Positions 10,200 through 19,770 of a stretch of DNA of 64,000 bases are shown in pieces. A program made the translations under genes and the position numbers. Under the pieces are notes generated by a model that was not told where the DNA came from, made no database searches, and saw only the letters and a program-made list of their open reading frames with translations. Positions within the stretch are counted from its first letter, which is position 1, and each line of letters starts with the position of its first letter. The stretch is from a virus (lineage: Duplodnaviria > Caudoviricetes): positions 2,173 through 66,172 of IMG/VR virus record IMGVR_UViG_3300017605_000212. The stretch is one strand, 5' to 3'.

Positions 10200-10616
10200 A
10201 TGAGTACCCTGAAAACAGTGAACGACTACATCAGCGACATGCGGACGCTCCTCTTGGATACCATCGCGCCCTATCGCTACGACGATCCGAGCCTGCTTAT
10301 CGCACTCAATCTGGCCTTCATGGAGGGGCGGCGTATCCGTCCTGACCTGTTCGTGTTCCACGACGAGGACGGCGACGGGGACGAGTTGCACACCTATCAC
10401 ACGGTCGATAACCGGCCCGTGCCTATGGAAAAGCCATTTCGGATGGCCTTCGTTTACGGGGCTTGCTCCCACGCCCTAGCCCGAGACCAAGAAGATGTTC
10501 AGGACAGTCGTTCTAACTCGTTCATGAATGTCTTCTCCTCGGTACTCACCGGCCTGAAACAGGCCCCCGTGCAGGGTGGCACTCCGGGCGGACCTCAGCA
10601 AAAGTCGGGGGGCTAA
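10200..10616 (+). CDS. Putative head-tail adaptor protein
   Basis: Position after the MCP; YRYDD..LLIALN..RIRPDLF pattern. Confidence 0.6.
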   Translation: MSTLKTVNDYISDMRTLLLDTIAPYRYDDPSLLIALNLAFMEGRRIRPDLFVFHDEDGDGDELHTYHTVDNRPVPMEKPFRMAFVYGACSHALARDQEDVQDSRSNSFMNVFSSVLTGLKQAPVQGGTPGGPQQKSGG

Positions 10617-10619
10617 CCT

Positions 10620-11252
10620 ATGGCGACCACACCTGATATGACCCGCCTCCTGCACCTGCTGGAAATGAAACTCCCGGGTGCGTCGAAGGCCGGTATCAAG
10701 GCCGAACTCTACGAGACTGTGAGCGAGTTCTTCCGCGACAGTTCGTCTTGGGTGGAAAAGATACAGGTTAACGTAGTGGCTGGTACCACCGAGTACGAAC
10801 TGACCCCCAGCGTTGGGCAAGTGATCCGCCTGTGGGGCGTCGTCGACGCCAACAATCTTCCTATTGCTGCCGTCATGCCGACGGTCGGCACGCTGCGCCT
10901 AGGCTACACGCCGAACCAGAACGCCACGTTCTTTGCCTACGCCGTTTTGAACGTCACGCTTCCTACAGACAGCGACAAGCTGCCGGTTCTCCCCGACTGG
11001 TTGCTGCAACTTTACACGCACGTCATTCTCGACGGCACCTTGGGCCGCATGTATGGCCAGCCGCAGAAGACGTACACTAACGACCAACTCATGGCGTACC
11101 ATCTGCGGCGCTTCCGCGACGGCGTTGCTATGGCCCGCGTGGCCACGATCCGCGCGAACACCGTTGGCACGCAGAATTGGCAGTACCCGAGACAGTTCAA
11201 GACCCAGAGCCAGCGCGGCGCGGTGTCAGTCGGCAATACACAGGGGTTCTAA
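10620..11252 (+). CDS. Putative head completion/tail adaptor protein
   Basis: Position; ILDGTLGRMYGQPQKTYTN. Confidence 0.6.
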   Translation: MATTPDMTRLLHLLEMKLPGASKAGIKAELYETVSEFFRDSSSWVEKIQVNVVAGTTEYELTPSVGQVIRLWGVVDANNLPIAAVMPTVGTLRLGYTPNQNATFFAYAVLNVTLPTDSDKLPVLPDWLLQLYTHVILDGTLGRMYGQPQKTYTNDQLMAYHLRRFRDGVAMARVATIRANTVGTQNWQYPRQFKTQSQRGAVSVGNTQGF

Positions 11253-11253
11253 G

Positions 11254-11631
11254 ATGAGCGACGTAACCTGCGCGGTAGTGGAAATCGAGGTTGCCAACAA
11301 CGCGACGTTCTTGGATGCGTGGCAGTTTGGTGACGCTGACGATTTTACGTGGGACCTAGTTGGCCAGAACTTCAAGTTGGAGGTCAAGGCGAGTAGGGAT
11401 GACGTTTCTGCTCTTTTGTCATTGAGCAGCGTGGATGGCACGCTAGTGGTGGACGACACCACGGCTCGCATTATCCATGCGAACCTTGACGACAACGACC
11501 TTCGGGCGGCTCTACCGGTTGGCGAGTATGTCTACGACCTCATCATGTATGACGGATCGGCCCCGCCTGTTCGTATCCGCCTCATGCGCGGCAAGTTCAA
11601 GGTGCGCCAAGGCGTAACGGGAGAAGAATAA
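11254..11631 (+). CDS. Fibre-associated beta-sandwich protein (BppU-N-like)
   Basis: [13 protein letters not shown] ... GEYVYDL ... [14 protein letters not shown]. Confidence 0.65.
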   Translation: MSDVTCAVVEIEVANNATFLDAWQFGDADDFTWDLVGQNFKLEVKASRDDVSALLSLSSVDGTLVVDDTTARIIHANLDDNDLRAALPVGEYVYDLIMYDGSAPPVRIRLMRGKFKVRQGVTGEE

Positions 11632-12428
11632 TGTCCTTCGTAATCTCACCAGCACCTATTGCAGCCATGCCGGTCCGCGTGATTGGCGGACCTACTGGCC
11701 CTTCGGGCGGACCGACTGGGTCCACCGGCCCTACTGGTTTTGGCCCTACTGGTCCGTCTGGACCGCTCGGGACGGGACCGACTGGACCGACTGGCTTCGG
11801 CGCGACTGGGCCGACCGGGTACCCCGGCTTGACCGGCGCAACTGGCCCGGTTGGCGTTGCCGTGACTGGCGCGACCGGACCTTCTGGTGCTGATGGTGGC
11901 GCGGGTGATGACGGCGCAACTGGCCCGACCGGCCCTACCGGATCATCCGGTGCCGCGTCAACAGTTACAGGACCGACGGGAGACCCGGGTGGACCGACTG
12001 GCCCGACTGGGGCTGGTGGACCGACGGGCTCAGTGGGCGCGACCGGCCCCAGCCCGCTTGCGGATATTACGTTCCTCATTGATGGGGGCGGTGTCGCGAT
12101 TTCTACGGGCGTGAAGGGCTACATCACGGTGGATTTTGCCTGCACGATCCTGCAAGCCACGCTGCTTGCGGATCAGACCGGCAGCATCATTGTGGACATT
12201 TTCAAGTGTACCTACACAAACTTCGATGCGGGCTCTACGCACCCGGTGTCAGGCGACAAGATTACGGCATCGGCCCCGCCGACGATCACGTCGACATATA
12301 AGTCGAAGGACGCGACACTGACGGGGTGGACGACTTCTATCGCGGCAGGTGATGTATTGGCGTTCAACGTCAATAGCGTTTCGACCATTACGCGCTGCGC
12401 TGTGATGCTTACTGTCCAACGCGCCTAA
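11631..12428 (+). CDS. Collagen-like tail fibre protein A1
   Basis: GPT repeats plus a C-terminal domain ITFLIDGGG...[10 protein letters not shown]. Confidence 0.85.
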   Translation: MSFVISPAPIAAMPVRVIGGPTGPSGGPTGSTGPTGFGPTGPSGPLGTGPTGPTGFGATGPTGYPGLTGATGPVGVAVTGATGPSGADGGAGDDGATGPTGPTGSSGAASTVTGPTGDPGGPTGPTGAGGPTGSVGATGPSPLADITFLIDGGGVAISTGVKGYITVDFACTILQATLLADQTGSIIVDIFKCTYTNFDAGSTHPVSGDKITASAPPTITSTYKSKDATLTGWTTSIAAGDVLAFNVNSVSTITRCAVMLTVQRA

Positions 12429-12440
12429 CCGGAGGGGATA

Positions 12441-13094
12441 ATGGCTATTCCCTCTTTTGTGAACTCGGGCACCCGCAGTTCCACGGGCTTTGGTACTTCG
12501 GTTAATCCGGGGTACCCAGCGTCGTGCGTTGCGGGTAACATCGCCTTCTTGATAATGATGAACCCGATTGCTACCCGTACGCCGAACTGGCCTGCCGGGT
12601 TCACTCAGATTTACCTCGATAACGTCCATTTTACGTTCGCGGTTGCATACAAAATACTTGCTGGGGGTGAGAGTGGCACCGTAAACGTCTCGTGGACTTC
12701 GGCCACTTCAGGCCACGCTTACATGGTGCAGTACACGGGCAACGTCGCCCTTGCGGCGTGCTTGGGACAGACAAAACAAGATGCCTCAGGCTCCGCTACC
12801 AGTTGGAGTTACACGTCTATCGCGACCACCTCTAACAACAGTTTGGTGATAGCGTTCTGCGGCGACGGCAACAATAACTACACGTCGATCAGTGCCCCCA
12901 GCGGCTGGACGAAAGATTTAGGCGCTTCTAGCGACTTTGTGATTTCGGCAGGGATAGCTTCATCGGGCAACCAGCCTACTTCGCCATTTGGCGTATCCGG
13001 GTTGTCCAACGGCTCGTTCCACAAGACGTTCCAGCAGGAACTGCGCTCTGTCATTCCGGGCCTGAAATGGTCCCAAACCGCGATGGTGGGATAA
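12441..13094 (+). CDS. Ser/Thr-rich fibre tip / putative receptor-binding partner B1
   Basis: GGAGG RBS; beta-rich 217 aa; paralogous to 16604-17254. Confidence 0.65.
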   Translation: MAIPSFVNSGTRSSTGFGTSVNPGYPASCVAGNIAFLIMMNPIATRTPNWPAGFTQIYLDNVHFTFAVAYKILAGGESGTVNVSWTSATSGHAYMVQYTGNVALAACLGQTKQDASGSATSWSYTSIATTSNNSLVIAFCGDGNNNYTSISAPSGWTKDLGASSDFVISAGIASSGNQPTSPFGVSGLSNGSFHKTFQQELRSVIPGLKWSQTAMVG

Positions 13095-13096
13095 TC

Positions 13097-13225
13097 ATGC
13101 CGCAGCCAGTCGGACCCACCGGACCGTTTATTGTTACCGAACCGGTAACATTTGTGGTTCATGAAGATAGGGAACACACATACTTTTACGTTCGCGCTGA
13201 TGACCCAAGCGACGACGAGGACTAA
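13097..13225 (+). CDS. 42-aa small ORF ([19 protein letters not shown]...DDED)
   Basis: Fills the gap between neighbours exactly (2 nt each side); below the ORF-track cutoff; carries one palindrome copy. Confidence 0.6.
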   Translation: MPQPVGPTGPFIVTEPVTFVVHEDREHTYFYVRADDPSDDED

Positions 13226-13227
13226 CG

Positions 13228-14274
13228 ATGCCTACAGGAACGGTCGTACAGGTTGAGAATTTTGAGGAGTTGATGCTCTCCATCCTTGGGGCCACTGGTC
13301 CTACGGGCGCGGCTGGGCGCGACGGTGAATTTGGTGGGCCGACTGGCCCGACGGGTGACCCGGGCTCCGACGGTTCCGAGGGCCCGACCGGCCCTGCTGG
13401 TCAGCAAGGCAACCAAGGCCCGACCGGGCACAACTCGAATGTGACTGGCCCGACCGGCCCGACTGGCGATGCGGGCGACCCGGGCTCCGACGGAGCCGAC
13501 GGCCCCACCGGGCCTACCGGCGCAACTGGTGCCGCCAGCACGGTTACCGGCCCGACCGGCGCAACTGGTGCCGATGGTATAGCAGCAGCTACAGGCGCGA
13601 CCGGACCTACGGGCCCGGGCGTGGGTGCTACCGGCCCGACCGGTCCTCAGGGGACCGTAGGCGCGACCGGACCGACCGGGCCTACAGGCACCACCGGTCC
13701 CACAGGTTCTGCTTCGACTGTTACAGGACCGACCGGCAACACCGGCTCAGCCAGCACGGTTACCGGCCCGACTGGCCCGACTGGGCGGCAGGGCATTGCA
13801 GGCCCGACGGGCCCCGCTGGCGGACAAGGAAATCAGGGCGTTACCGGCCCCACCGGAAACACGGGCCCGACCGGCCCCACCGGTGCAGATAGCACAGTGA
13901 CGGGCCCCACGGGCTTTACTGGCCCTGCGGGCGAAGTTGCGGCGACTGGCGCTACCGGCCCAACGGGTCCGAGCAATGGCATCACTGGGCCAACGGGCGC
14001 AAGCGCACCGTTCACTACGCTCATCACTAACGTGACGCAGGTAGTCACCGTGACTGCCCCGAGCGCAGGCATATTGGTGGGTAACATCGCGGTCCCCGGT
14101 CTGTTGACGACCGATGCCGTTCACGCGGAGGTGGTTGGCACGGTACCCCTTAACTGGTGTCCGTTCAACTTCTCTTGTAACACGAACGACGTACTGACGA
14201 TCACATTCCTGAAACTGAAGGCTACCACCAGCTTCGGTACCGTTTCGTTGCGGATTACTGTGGTGAGGGTGTAA
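13228..14274 (+). CDS. Collagen-like fibre protein
   Basis: About 240 aa of Gly-X-Y repeats; C-terminal globular domain. Confidence 0.85.
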   Translation: MPTGTVVQVENFEELMLSILGATGPTGAAGRDGEFGGPTGPTGDPGSDGSEGPTGPAGQQGNQGPTGHNSNVTGPTGPTGDAGDPGSDGADGPTGPTGATGAASTVTGPTGATGADGIAAATGATGPTGPGVGATGPTGPQGTVGATGPTGPTGTTGPTGSASTVTGPTGNTGSASTVTGPTGPTGRQGIAGPTGPAGGQGNQGVTGPTGNTGPTGPTGADSTVTGPTGFTGPAGEVAATGATGPTGPSNGITGPTGASAPFTTLITNVTQVVTVTAPSAGILVGNIAVPGLLTTDAVHAEVVGTVPLNWCPFNFSCNTNDVLTITFLKLKATTSFGTVSLRITVVRV

Positions 14275-15644
14275 TGCTCATAGGAAAAACAACGCAGGTC
14301 GTCAACGCCAACACCCGTCTTGAGGTGGACTATTCGCATTTTTGCCAAGCTCACAACGATCAGTTGGCGAGCGTTAACGTCACCGTTGACAATGGTCTGG
14401 CGACGATCAGCGACATTGTGATTTCCCCGAACAAGCACCGGGTCACGTTCCTATTGAACGGTGGTACGGTGTTCGATCAGTTCAACGTCATCATTGAGGC
14501 GGGCTTCACTTCAACGGTTATCCGGTTCGACCACATCGAAGTATCTGTCGTTACGAACGGCGGCACGACCTTTGTCTCTGGCAATGCCGAGACGATGCTG
14601 TCAATTATTGGCGCAACTGGTCCTTCTGGCGCGACCGGACCCGCTGGTCCTATCACCAGCTTCCCCGGGCCGACGGGTAACACTGGCCCCACCGGAAATA
14701 CTGGACCGACCGGCCCCACCGGAAATACTGGACCGACCGGCCCCACCGGAAATACTGGACCGACCGGCCCTACCGGAAATACTGGATCGACTGGACCGAC
14801 GGGTAACACTGGCCCGACGGGCTCCCAAGGTATTCAGGGCGTCCAAGGTATTCAGGGCATCCAAGGCGACACTGGTCCTACTGGATTTACTGGCCCCGCT
14901 GGTGCGGTTGCCGCGACCGGCGCAACGGGGAACACGGGACCGACCGGCGATACCGGCGCTCAGGGCGCTGCGTCGACTGTGACCGGCCCGACTGGCAACA
15001 CGGGCCCGACCGGCCCTACTGGCGCAACCGGCGCTCAAGGGGCGGCGTCTACCGTTACGGGTCCCACTGGGGCAACCGGCGCTGGCGGATCGTCTGGATA
15101 CATGATCGGAGGCTGGATTGGTGTCAACGTAGGCACTGTCTCAGGTAATGCGTTCGCCACGCAAGGGCAGTTCTATTACGGCGACCGGTCTATTGATGTG
15201 TCGCATGTGCGGGCTATTATTGCCGCGAACGGGGCCAACCAAGTCTTCAAGGCCATAATCTGTACGATTGACAGTTCTCACAACATCACGGGGACCGTGG
15301 GTTCGTCGACGACGACGTACACCAGCGCAGGTACTGAGACGGTGCAGACGGAATTTGCTTTCAGCGCCGACGTGACGCTGGCCGCAAACACCCGCTACGT
15401 CATCGCGATTGTCCGCACGGACGCCACCGGCACGACCAATGCCCGGGTGCTTTCTTGGGCTTCATCGCAGGCTCCCGCCGCTGTCGGCCTGCCGTACAAT
15501 CCAACTCAGTTGTACGCTGATAACTCGATGGCCCAGAGGGCGCTCAACTACAACAATACAAGTTCTTCACCGACGAGCGTCACGCTGGGTAGCGGGAACA
15601 GCAACGCGCAGTATGCGTACCAACTGCGGTTCAAATTCTCATAG
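14274..15644 (+). CDS. Collagen-like tail fibre protein with N-terminal adaptor and C-terminal head domains
   Basis: GPTGNT tandem repeats flanked by globular domains. Confidence 0.85.
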   Translation: MLIGKTTQVVNANTRLEVDYSHFCQAHNDQLASVNVTVDNGLATISDIVISPNKHRVTFLLNGGTVFDQFNVIIEAGFTSTVIRFDHIEVSVVTNGGTTFVSGNAETMLSIIGATGPSGATGPAGPITSFPGPTGNTGPTGNTGPTGPTGNTGPTGPTGNTGPTGPTGNTGSTGPTGNTGPTGSQGIQGVQGIQGIQGDTGPTGFTGPAGAVAATGATGNTGPTGDTGAQGAASTVTGPTGNTGPTGPTGATGAQGAASTVTGPTGATGAGGSSGYMIGGWIGVNVGTVSGNAFATQGQFYYGDRSIDVSHVRAIIAANGANQVFKAIICTIDSSHNITGTVGSSTTTYTSAGTETVQTEFAFSADVTLAANTRYVIAIVRTDATGTTNARVLSWASSQAPAAVGLPYNPTQLYADNSMAQRALNYNNTSSSPTSVTLGSGNSNAQYAYQLRFKFS

Positions 15645-15651
15645 GTGTAAC

Positions 15652-16602
15652 ATGCCATCCACACTCATCCGTGGCGTGTTGACGCCAACCCAGATCACCC
15701 AACTTACGGGCCCTACCGGTCCAGATGGGCCTACCGGCGACGTGGGACCGACTGGTCCACCGGCTGGCCCGACTGGGCCTACTGGCGTGACAGGCTCAAC
15801 TGGTCCTTCGCAAGGCCCGACTGGGCATACTGGCCCGACCGGACCCACCGGAAATACTGGTCCAGAAGGCCAGTTTGGTAATGACGGCGCTACCGGGCCG
15901 ACTGGCCCGACCGGCGCTCAGGGCGCTGCCTCGACTGTGACCGGCCCCACCGGAAACACTGGCCCGACAGGGCCGACCGGCGCTACCGGCGCTCAGGGCG
16001 CTGCGTCTACTGTGACCGGCCCAACGGGGAACACGGGACCGACCGGCGATACCGGCGCGGCAGGTGCAGATAGCGTCGTAACAGGTCCGACTGGTAATAC
16101 TGGCCCGACCGGCGCTGCCGGTGCAGATAGCACAGTGACGGGCCCCACAGGAAACACGGGCCCCACAGGTGCAGGCGGCGCGGCCAGCACCGTTACAGGG
16201 CCAACTGGACCGACCGGCGCGGCGGGCTCGGCGTCTATTGAGTTCGTGATCGACGGCGCAGGCGCGGTCATCACTACGGGCCTTAAAGGCTATATCTACG
16301 CCCCCTTCGCTGGAACGATAACGGTGGCGAGCCTGCTTGCTGACGTGGGCGGCGCTATTGTCGTGAATATCTGGAAATGTACGTACTCGCAATTCGATGC
16401 AGGCTCTACGCACCCTGTGGTGGGGGATAAAATAACGGCCTCTGCCCCACCGACGATTGCCGCTACCAATACGAAGTCGACTGACAGTACGTTGACAGGA
16501 TGGTCGAAGACTTTCTCTGCGGGCGACGTGTTCGCCTTTAACGTAGACAGCGTGACGACGATTACGCGGGTGACGGTGGTCCTAGAAGTAGTGAGGTCAT
16601 AA
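15652..16602 (+). CDS. Collagen-like tail fibre protein A2 (paralog of 11631-12428)
   Basis: GPT repeats plus IEFVIDGAG...[10 protein letters not shown] domain; AGGTG RBS before ATG 15652. Confidence 0.85.
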   Translation: MPSTLIRGVLTPTQITQLTGPTGPDGPTGDVGPTGPPAGPTGPTGVTGSTGPSQGPTGHTGPTGPTGNTGPEGQFGNDGATGPTGPTGAQGAASTVTGPTGNTGPTGPTGATGAQGAASTVTGPTGNTGPTGDTGAAGADSVVTGPTGNTGPTGAAGADSTVTGPTGNTGPTGAGGAASTVTGPTGPTGAAGSASIEFVIDGAGAVITTGLKGYIYAPFAGTITVASLLADVGGAIVVNIWKCTYSQFDAGSTHPVVGDKITASAPPTIAATNTKSTDSTLTGWSKTFSAGDVFAFNVDSVTTITRVTVVLEVVRS

Positions 16603-16603
16603 C

Positions 16604-17254
16604 ATGGCACTCACGTTTCGAGGGGTGAACGGTCTTGCGCCCGCAACCAACGTCACGTCACAGAACCCGCCTAAGTTTGCCTCGCAGGCCTCCGGTGATT
16701 TGATCTTTACCGAGTGCTTTGTCTCTGCGGTTCGCACCTTGTCGATCACCGCAGGATGGGAAATCCTGTTTCAGGCCAACAACGGCAGCATGACCTATGG
16801 GATTGCGTTTAAGGTCGCGGCCAACACCACAGAGACGCCAACTTGGTCGTGGTCAGGCGGGGCCGACACGTTGGGGTCCAATAACTGGGATTTCGCAGGG
16901 CAATGGTCTGGCGGACGACCGATTGGTGCGACCAATTTTACGGGCCCGACAGCGTCCCAAACGACGATTTCTAACACTATCGGGAACATCACGTCGGATG
17001 GGGCCGAAGTGGTGGCGTGGCACAACGCCTTCAATAACCAAACGGTTCCGGTCCCGTCCGGTTTTACAAGTCTTAATAATTTCAGTGGAGCATCAGCCAG
17101 CGAACGGGTCAGCAAAAAGACGACGACCGCAAACCACGGCGACAGCGTAACTGCGACCGCGACTGTGACTACGGTTACTGTGGAAGGTTCTCTGGTCGAA
17201 ATTCGTATGGCTGCTCCCGTTGCGGTCCGACCGCAAGTCGTGATTATCCGATAG
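16604..17254 (+). CDS. Fibre tip / putative receptor-binding partner B2
   Basis: 216 aa; similar size and motifs to 12441-13094 (AFKVA/AYKIL, PSGFT/PSGWT). Confidence 0.65.
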   Translation: MALTFRGVNGLAPATNVTSQNPPKFASQASGDLIFTECFVSAVRTLSITAGWEILFQANNGSMTYGIAFKVAANTTETPTWSWSGGADTLGSNNWDFAGQWSGGRPIGATNFTGPTASQTTISNTIGNITSDGAEVVAWHNAFNNQTVPVPSGFTSLNNFSGASASERVSKKTTTANHGDSVTATATVTTVTVEGSLVEIRMAAPVAVRPQVVIIR

Positions 17255-17263
17255 GAGACTGTT

Positions 17264-18253
17264 ATGGACGTGAGTACCCCTGCTCTCATCGCCGCCAACC
17301 AGCAACGCTGGGAGGTGGCCGCGTACAACGAACACGCCAAGGCTCTTGCGGCTCGCGTGGCCGAACGCTTGTGTGCCGAGAAGGCCAAGTCCGTGTACCT
17401 CGCGCTAGAACATACCACGGGCGTGCCGTGGTATGCCGTCGCGATGATCCATGAGCGTGAGGCTTCCCAGTCGTGGAAGGCCAACATCGCGCAGGGTGAT
17501 CCGTGGAACAGGCGCAGCGTTCACGTCCCGAAAAATCGCGGGCCTTTCAACTCTTTTATCGAAGCTGCTGTAGATGCTTTGACGAACTGTCCTCCCTATG
17601 CGGCCCGGTGGAAAGACTGGAGCATGGGCGGGCTTCTCACGCTACTCGAACTGTATAATGGCGTCGGGTATGAGAAGTATCATAACATGGCTTCGCCGTA
17701 CATCTGGGCCGGATCGGACCAGTATACGCGAGGAAAGTACGTTTCTGATGGTCATTTTGACCCCTCTGTGGTTGACAGCCAGTTGGGATGCGCTGTGCTA
17801 CTTCATGCGATGGCTGAGCGCGATCCTTCAATAAGCATCGACGGCAGTGTTACCGAGCCGGTAACAGCCGACTTGGACGGCCCTCCCGAGGTGGATGACA
17901 CTGTTTTTGGTCGCCCCAATGCGCCTATCACCACCTCTGAGCACGGGCGCGTGGACCCCGGAAACGACTATTTTTCGTCCCCGAACGTGCCCGATTGGCT
18001 GGTGCAGCAGGCCAAATCACCTGCGGTCCTCCAGACTGGAAAATCGCTGTGGCGGTCCAGAATTGGTTGGGGAACCATAGGCTTAGCCGGGTCTTCGACT
18101 GCTACCGCTATGGCCTCGACCCCGTCGTCGGTCCTCGACCGCGTTAGTCTTCTTGTGCAAAGCCCTATGTTTTGGCTCATCACGCTTAACATTGGCTTAG
18201 CAGGTTTCATCCTATACAGGTACTGGCGCGATCACGGGAAGGGGCGCGGGTAA
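17264..18253 (+). CDS. Endolysin, lysozyme-family (COG5526-like), with C-terminal hydrophobic segments
   Basis: GVPWYAVAMIHEREAS, YNGVGY, SPYIWAGSDQYTRGKYVSDG, DSQLGCA. Confidence 0.8.
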   Translation: MDVSTPALIAANQQRWEVAAYNEHAKALAARVAERLCAEKAKSVYLALEHTTGVPWYAVAMIHEREASQSWKANIAQGDPWNRRSVHVPKNRGPFNSFIEAAVDALTNCPPYAARWKDWSMGGLLTLLELYNGVGYEKYHNMASPYIWAGSDQYTRGKYVSDGHFDPSVVDSQLGCAVLLHAMAERDPSISIDGSVTEPVTADLDGPPEVDDTVFGRPNAPITTSEHGRVDPGNDYFSSPNVPDWLVQQAKSPAVLQTGKSLWRSRIGWGTIGLAGSSTATAMASTPSSVLDRVSLLVQSPMFWLITLNIGLAGFILYRYWRDHGKGRG

Positions 18254-18603
18254 TGTTCGCTTTGAAGCTGGCCTTCGCAGGAGCGTGGTCATACATCTGG
18301 CACTGGGGGACCGGTGTCGGCCTGATCGTCCTCGCCCTCGCGCTGGCCTATTTCACGCAGGCGGTGCCCTTAATTGGCCCGTATTTGGGGCGTTTCCGCA
18401 AGGATTTGTGCTGGTTTGCCGTAGCTGTGGCCGTTCTTCTGGCGGGCCAGTACGTCGGCAGCGAAGACTGCAAAGCGCGGTTCGCTGCCCAGAAGCTGAT
18501 CGTGAAAGAGCGCGTGAACGACGTTGTGGACAAAGTAAAGTCAGAGCCGCCGCCCGCTGACGGGCGAGCACCGAGAGACAAGTGGGATAGCCCGGAGAAC
18601 TAA
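18253..18603 (+). CDS. Membrane protein, putative i-spanin (Rz-like) or holin
   Basis: Hydrophobic segments then a coiled coil; lies between the lysin and a lipoprotein. Confidence 0.55.
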   Translation: MFALKLAFAGAWSYIWHWGTGVGLIVLALALAYFTQAVPLIGPYLGRFRKDLCWFAVAVAVLLAGQYVGSEDCKARFAAQKLIVKERVNDVVDKVKSEPPPADGRAPRDKWDSPEN

Positions 18604-18604
18604 G

Positions 18605-18835
18605 ATGCGGAGAATAGCACTCATAATCGCCGCAGGCCTGATGCTGGCCGCGTGTGACCCGAAAGACCTCCCGCCCGCGTCCGTTGCCGACATATGCGTC
18701 GCACTTATAGGGCCGATCAGCTATAACTCCACCAACCCGCAGAGTAAGCGGTACGCCGCCTATCTGCTTGCCTTGGACCTCCACCAAAGGAACGAAGTCG
18801 GACGCCGCCTCAAGTGTCCCAAGTACACCAAATAG
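18605..18835 (+). CDS. Lipoprotein, putative o-spanin (Rz1-like)
   Basis: Signal peptide with an LAAC lipobox. Confidence 0.65.
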   Translation: MRRIALIIAAGLMLAACDPKDLPPASVADICVALIGPISYNSTNPQSKRYAAYLLALDLHQRNEVGRRLKCPKYTK

Positions 18836-18844
18836 GAGGGTCCT

Positions 18845-19225
18845 GTGAACATACCGCACATTTGTGCTGCGACCGCGTTGGCCGTGGCATTACTCACCAG
18901 CTACGTCATTCCAACCAACCCCGCCACTGTCACGAAAGAGGCCGCGCCCGCCTGCATGACCGAGAAGGTCGTGATGGGAAAGGTGAAAGGCCAGAAGCCT
19001 CGGTTCGACCTGAAAGACGAGGAGTTGAAGGCTTTTAACGCCAATTTCAAGCAGTCCCAGAACCGCGATGCGCCCGCCCACGTCGACCGGATTATGGTGT
19101 GGGGTGAAGGCGAAGGAGAGGACGATACGCTTCTGTTCGTTGCCTTCTCCAAGGGCTGCGTCACTAGCGCCCAGTTTATTCCAGCCAACGTGTTCCTGAA
19201 AATCTACTACGGGAACCGAGCGTAG
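18845..19225 (+). CDS. Exported hypothetical protein
   Basis: AGGAGG RBS; N-terminal signal-like segment. Confidence 0.65.
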   Translation: MNIPHICAATALAVALLTSYVIPTNPATVTKEAAPACMTEKVVMGKVKGQKPRFDLKDEELKAFNANFKQSQNRDAPAHVDRIMVWGEGEGEDDTLLFVAFSKGCVTSAQFIPANVFLKIYYGNRA

Positions 19226-19413
19226 CATGTCGTTAACAAAACTTAAAGGCCTTCAGCGTAGCTTGCGCGTGGTAATGGCGGAAAGCGCAAGCCGACCGCT
19301 ATTACTCTGGTCGCAGGGCCGTGGTCACCGTGTGTCGCGTGGAGCGCGAGAGGGTGCAATCGGTACTCCGAACTTCAAGTTTTCCGGGTCATCCCCCAAC
19401 CGAGGAGCAGAAG

Positions 19414-19767
19414 ATGGATACGGACGAGCAGATGCAGAAGGACAAGGCAGCGAGGAAGCAAGCAGCGTCGGACAAGGCAGCGCAAAAGCGAAAAGATGAT
19501 TTCGCCAAGGCGATTGTCGAAGCCCGCCTCCCCCCGCCGCCTCCCCCGCCCCCGGCCCCAGTAGCCGCGAAAATCCTGTCTCGCACAGAGCGGGAAATCG
19601 AGGCTGGCCGCAATCGGGTCAAGCACTTCGCCCAGATCGAGAAGGCCCGCAAGGCCCTCCCGCGTCCGAGCGAGAATGAAGGCGGGTCGGTGCCCGTTTT
19701 CAGGCCGTCGGATTATGTCCCCAACATGAGCCAAGGCAAGAACAAGGCCACTTCGCTCAAGGGGTAA
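19414..19767 (+). CDS. Hypothetical protein with a polyproline tract
   Basis: GAGGAG RBS before ATG 19414. Confidence 0.7.
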   Translation: MDTDEQMQKDKAARKQAASDKAAQKRKDDFAKAIVEARLPPPPPPPPAPVAAKILSRTEREIEAGRNRVKHFAQIEKARKALPRPSENEGGSVPVFRPSDYVPNMSQGKNKATSLKG

Positions 19768-19770
19768 CAG

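Noticed and set aside
3394-16413. Antisense Pro/Val/Gly-rich ORFs opposite the collagen genes and other long shadow ORFs (for example 26802-28547, 38152-39369)
   Set aside because: Expected open-frame shadows of GC-rich, repetitive sense genes; no RBS or independent motifs.
12060-16602. Diversity-generating retroelement TR/VR pair in the duplicated fibre C-termini
   Set aside because: No reverse transcriptase is in the window. Both copies are coding and differ largely at synonymous positions, not specifically at adenines.
19250-19400. tRNA gene
   Set aside because: No cloverleaf with a TTCRA T-loop or acceptor stem found here, and none noticed elsewhere in the window.
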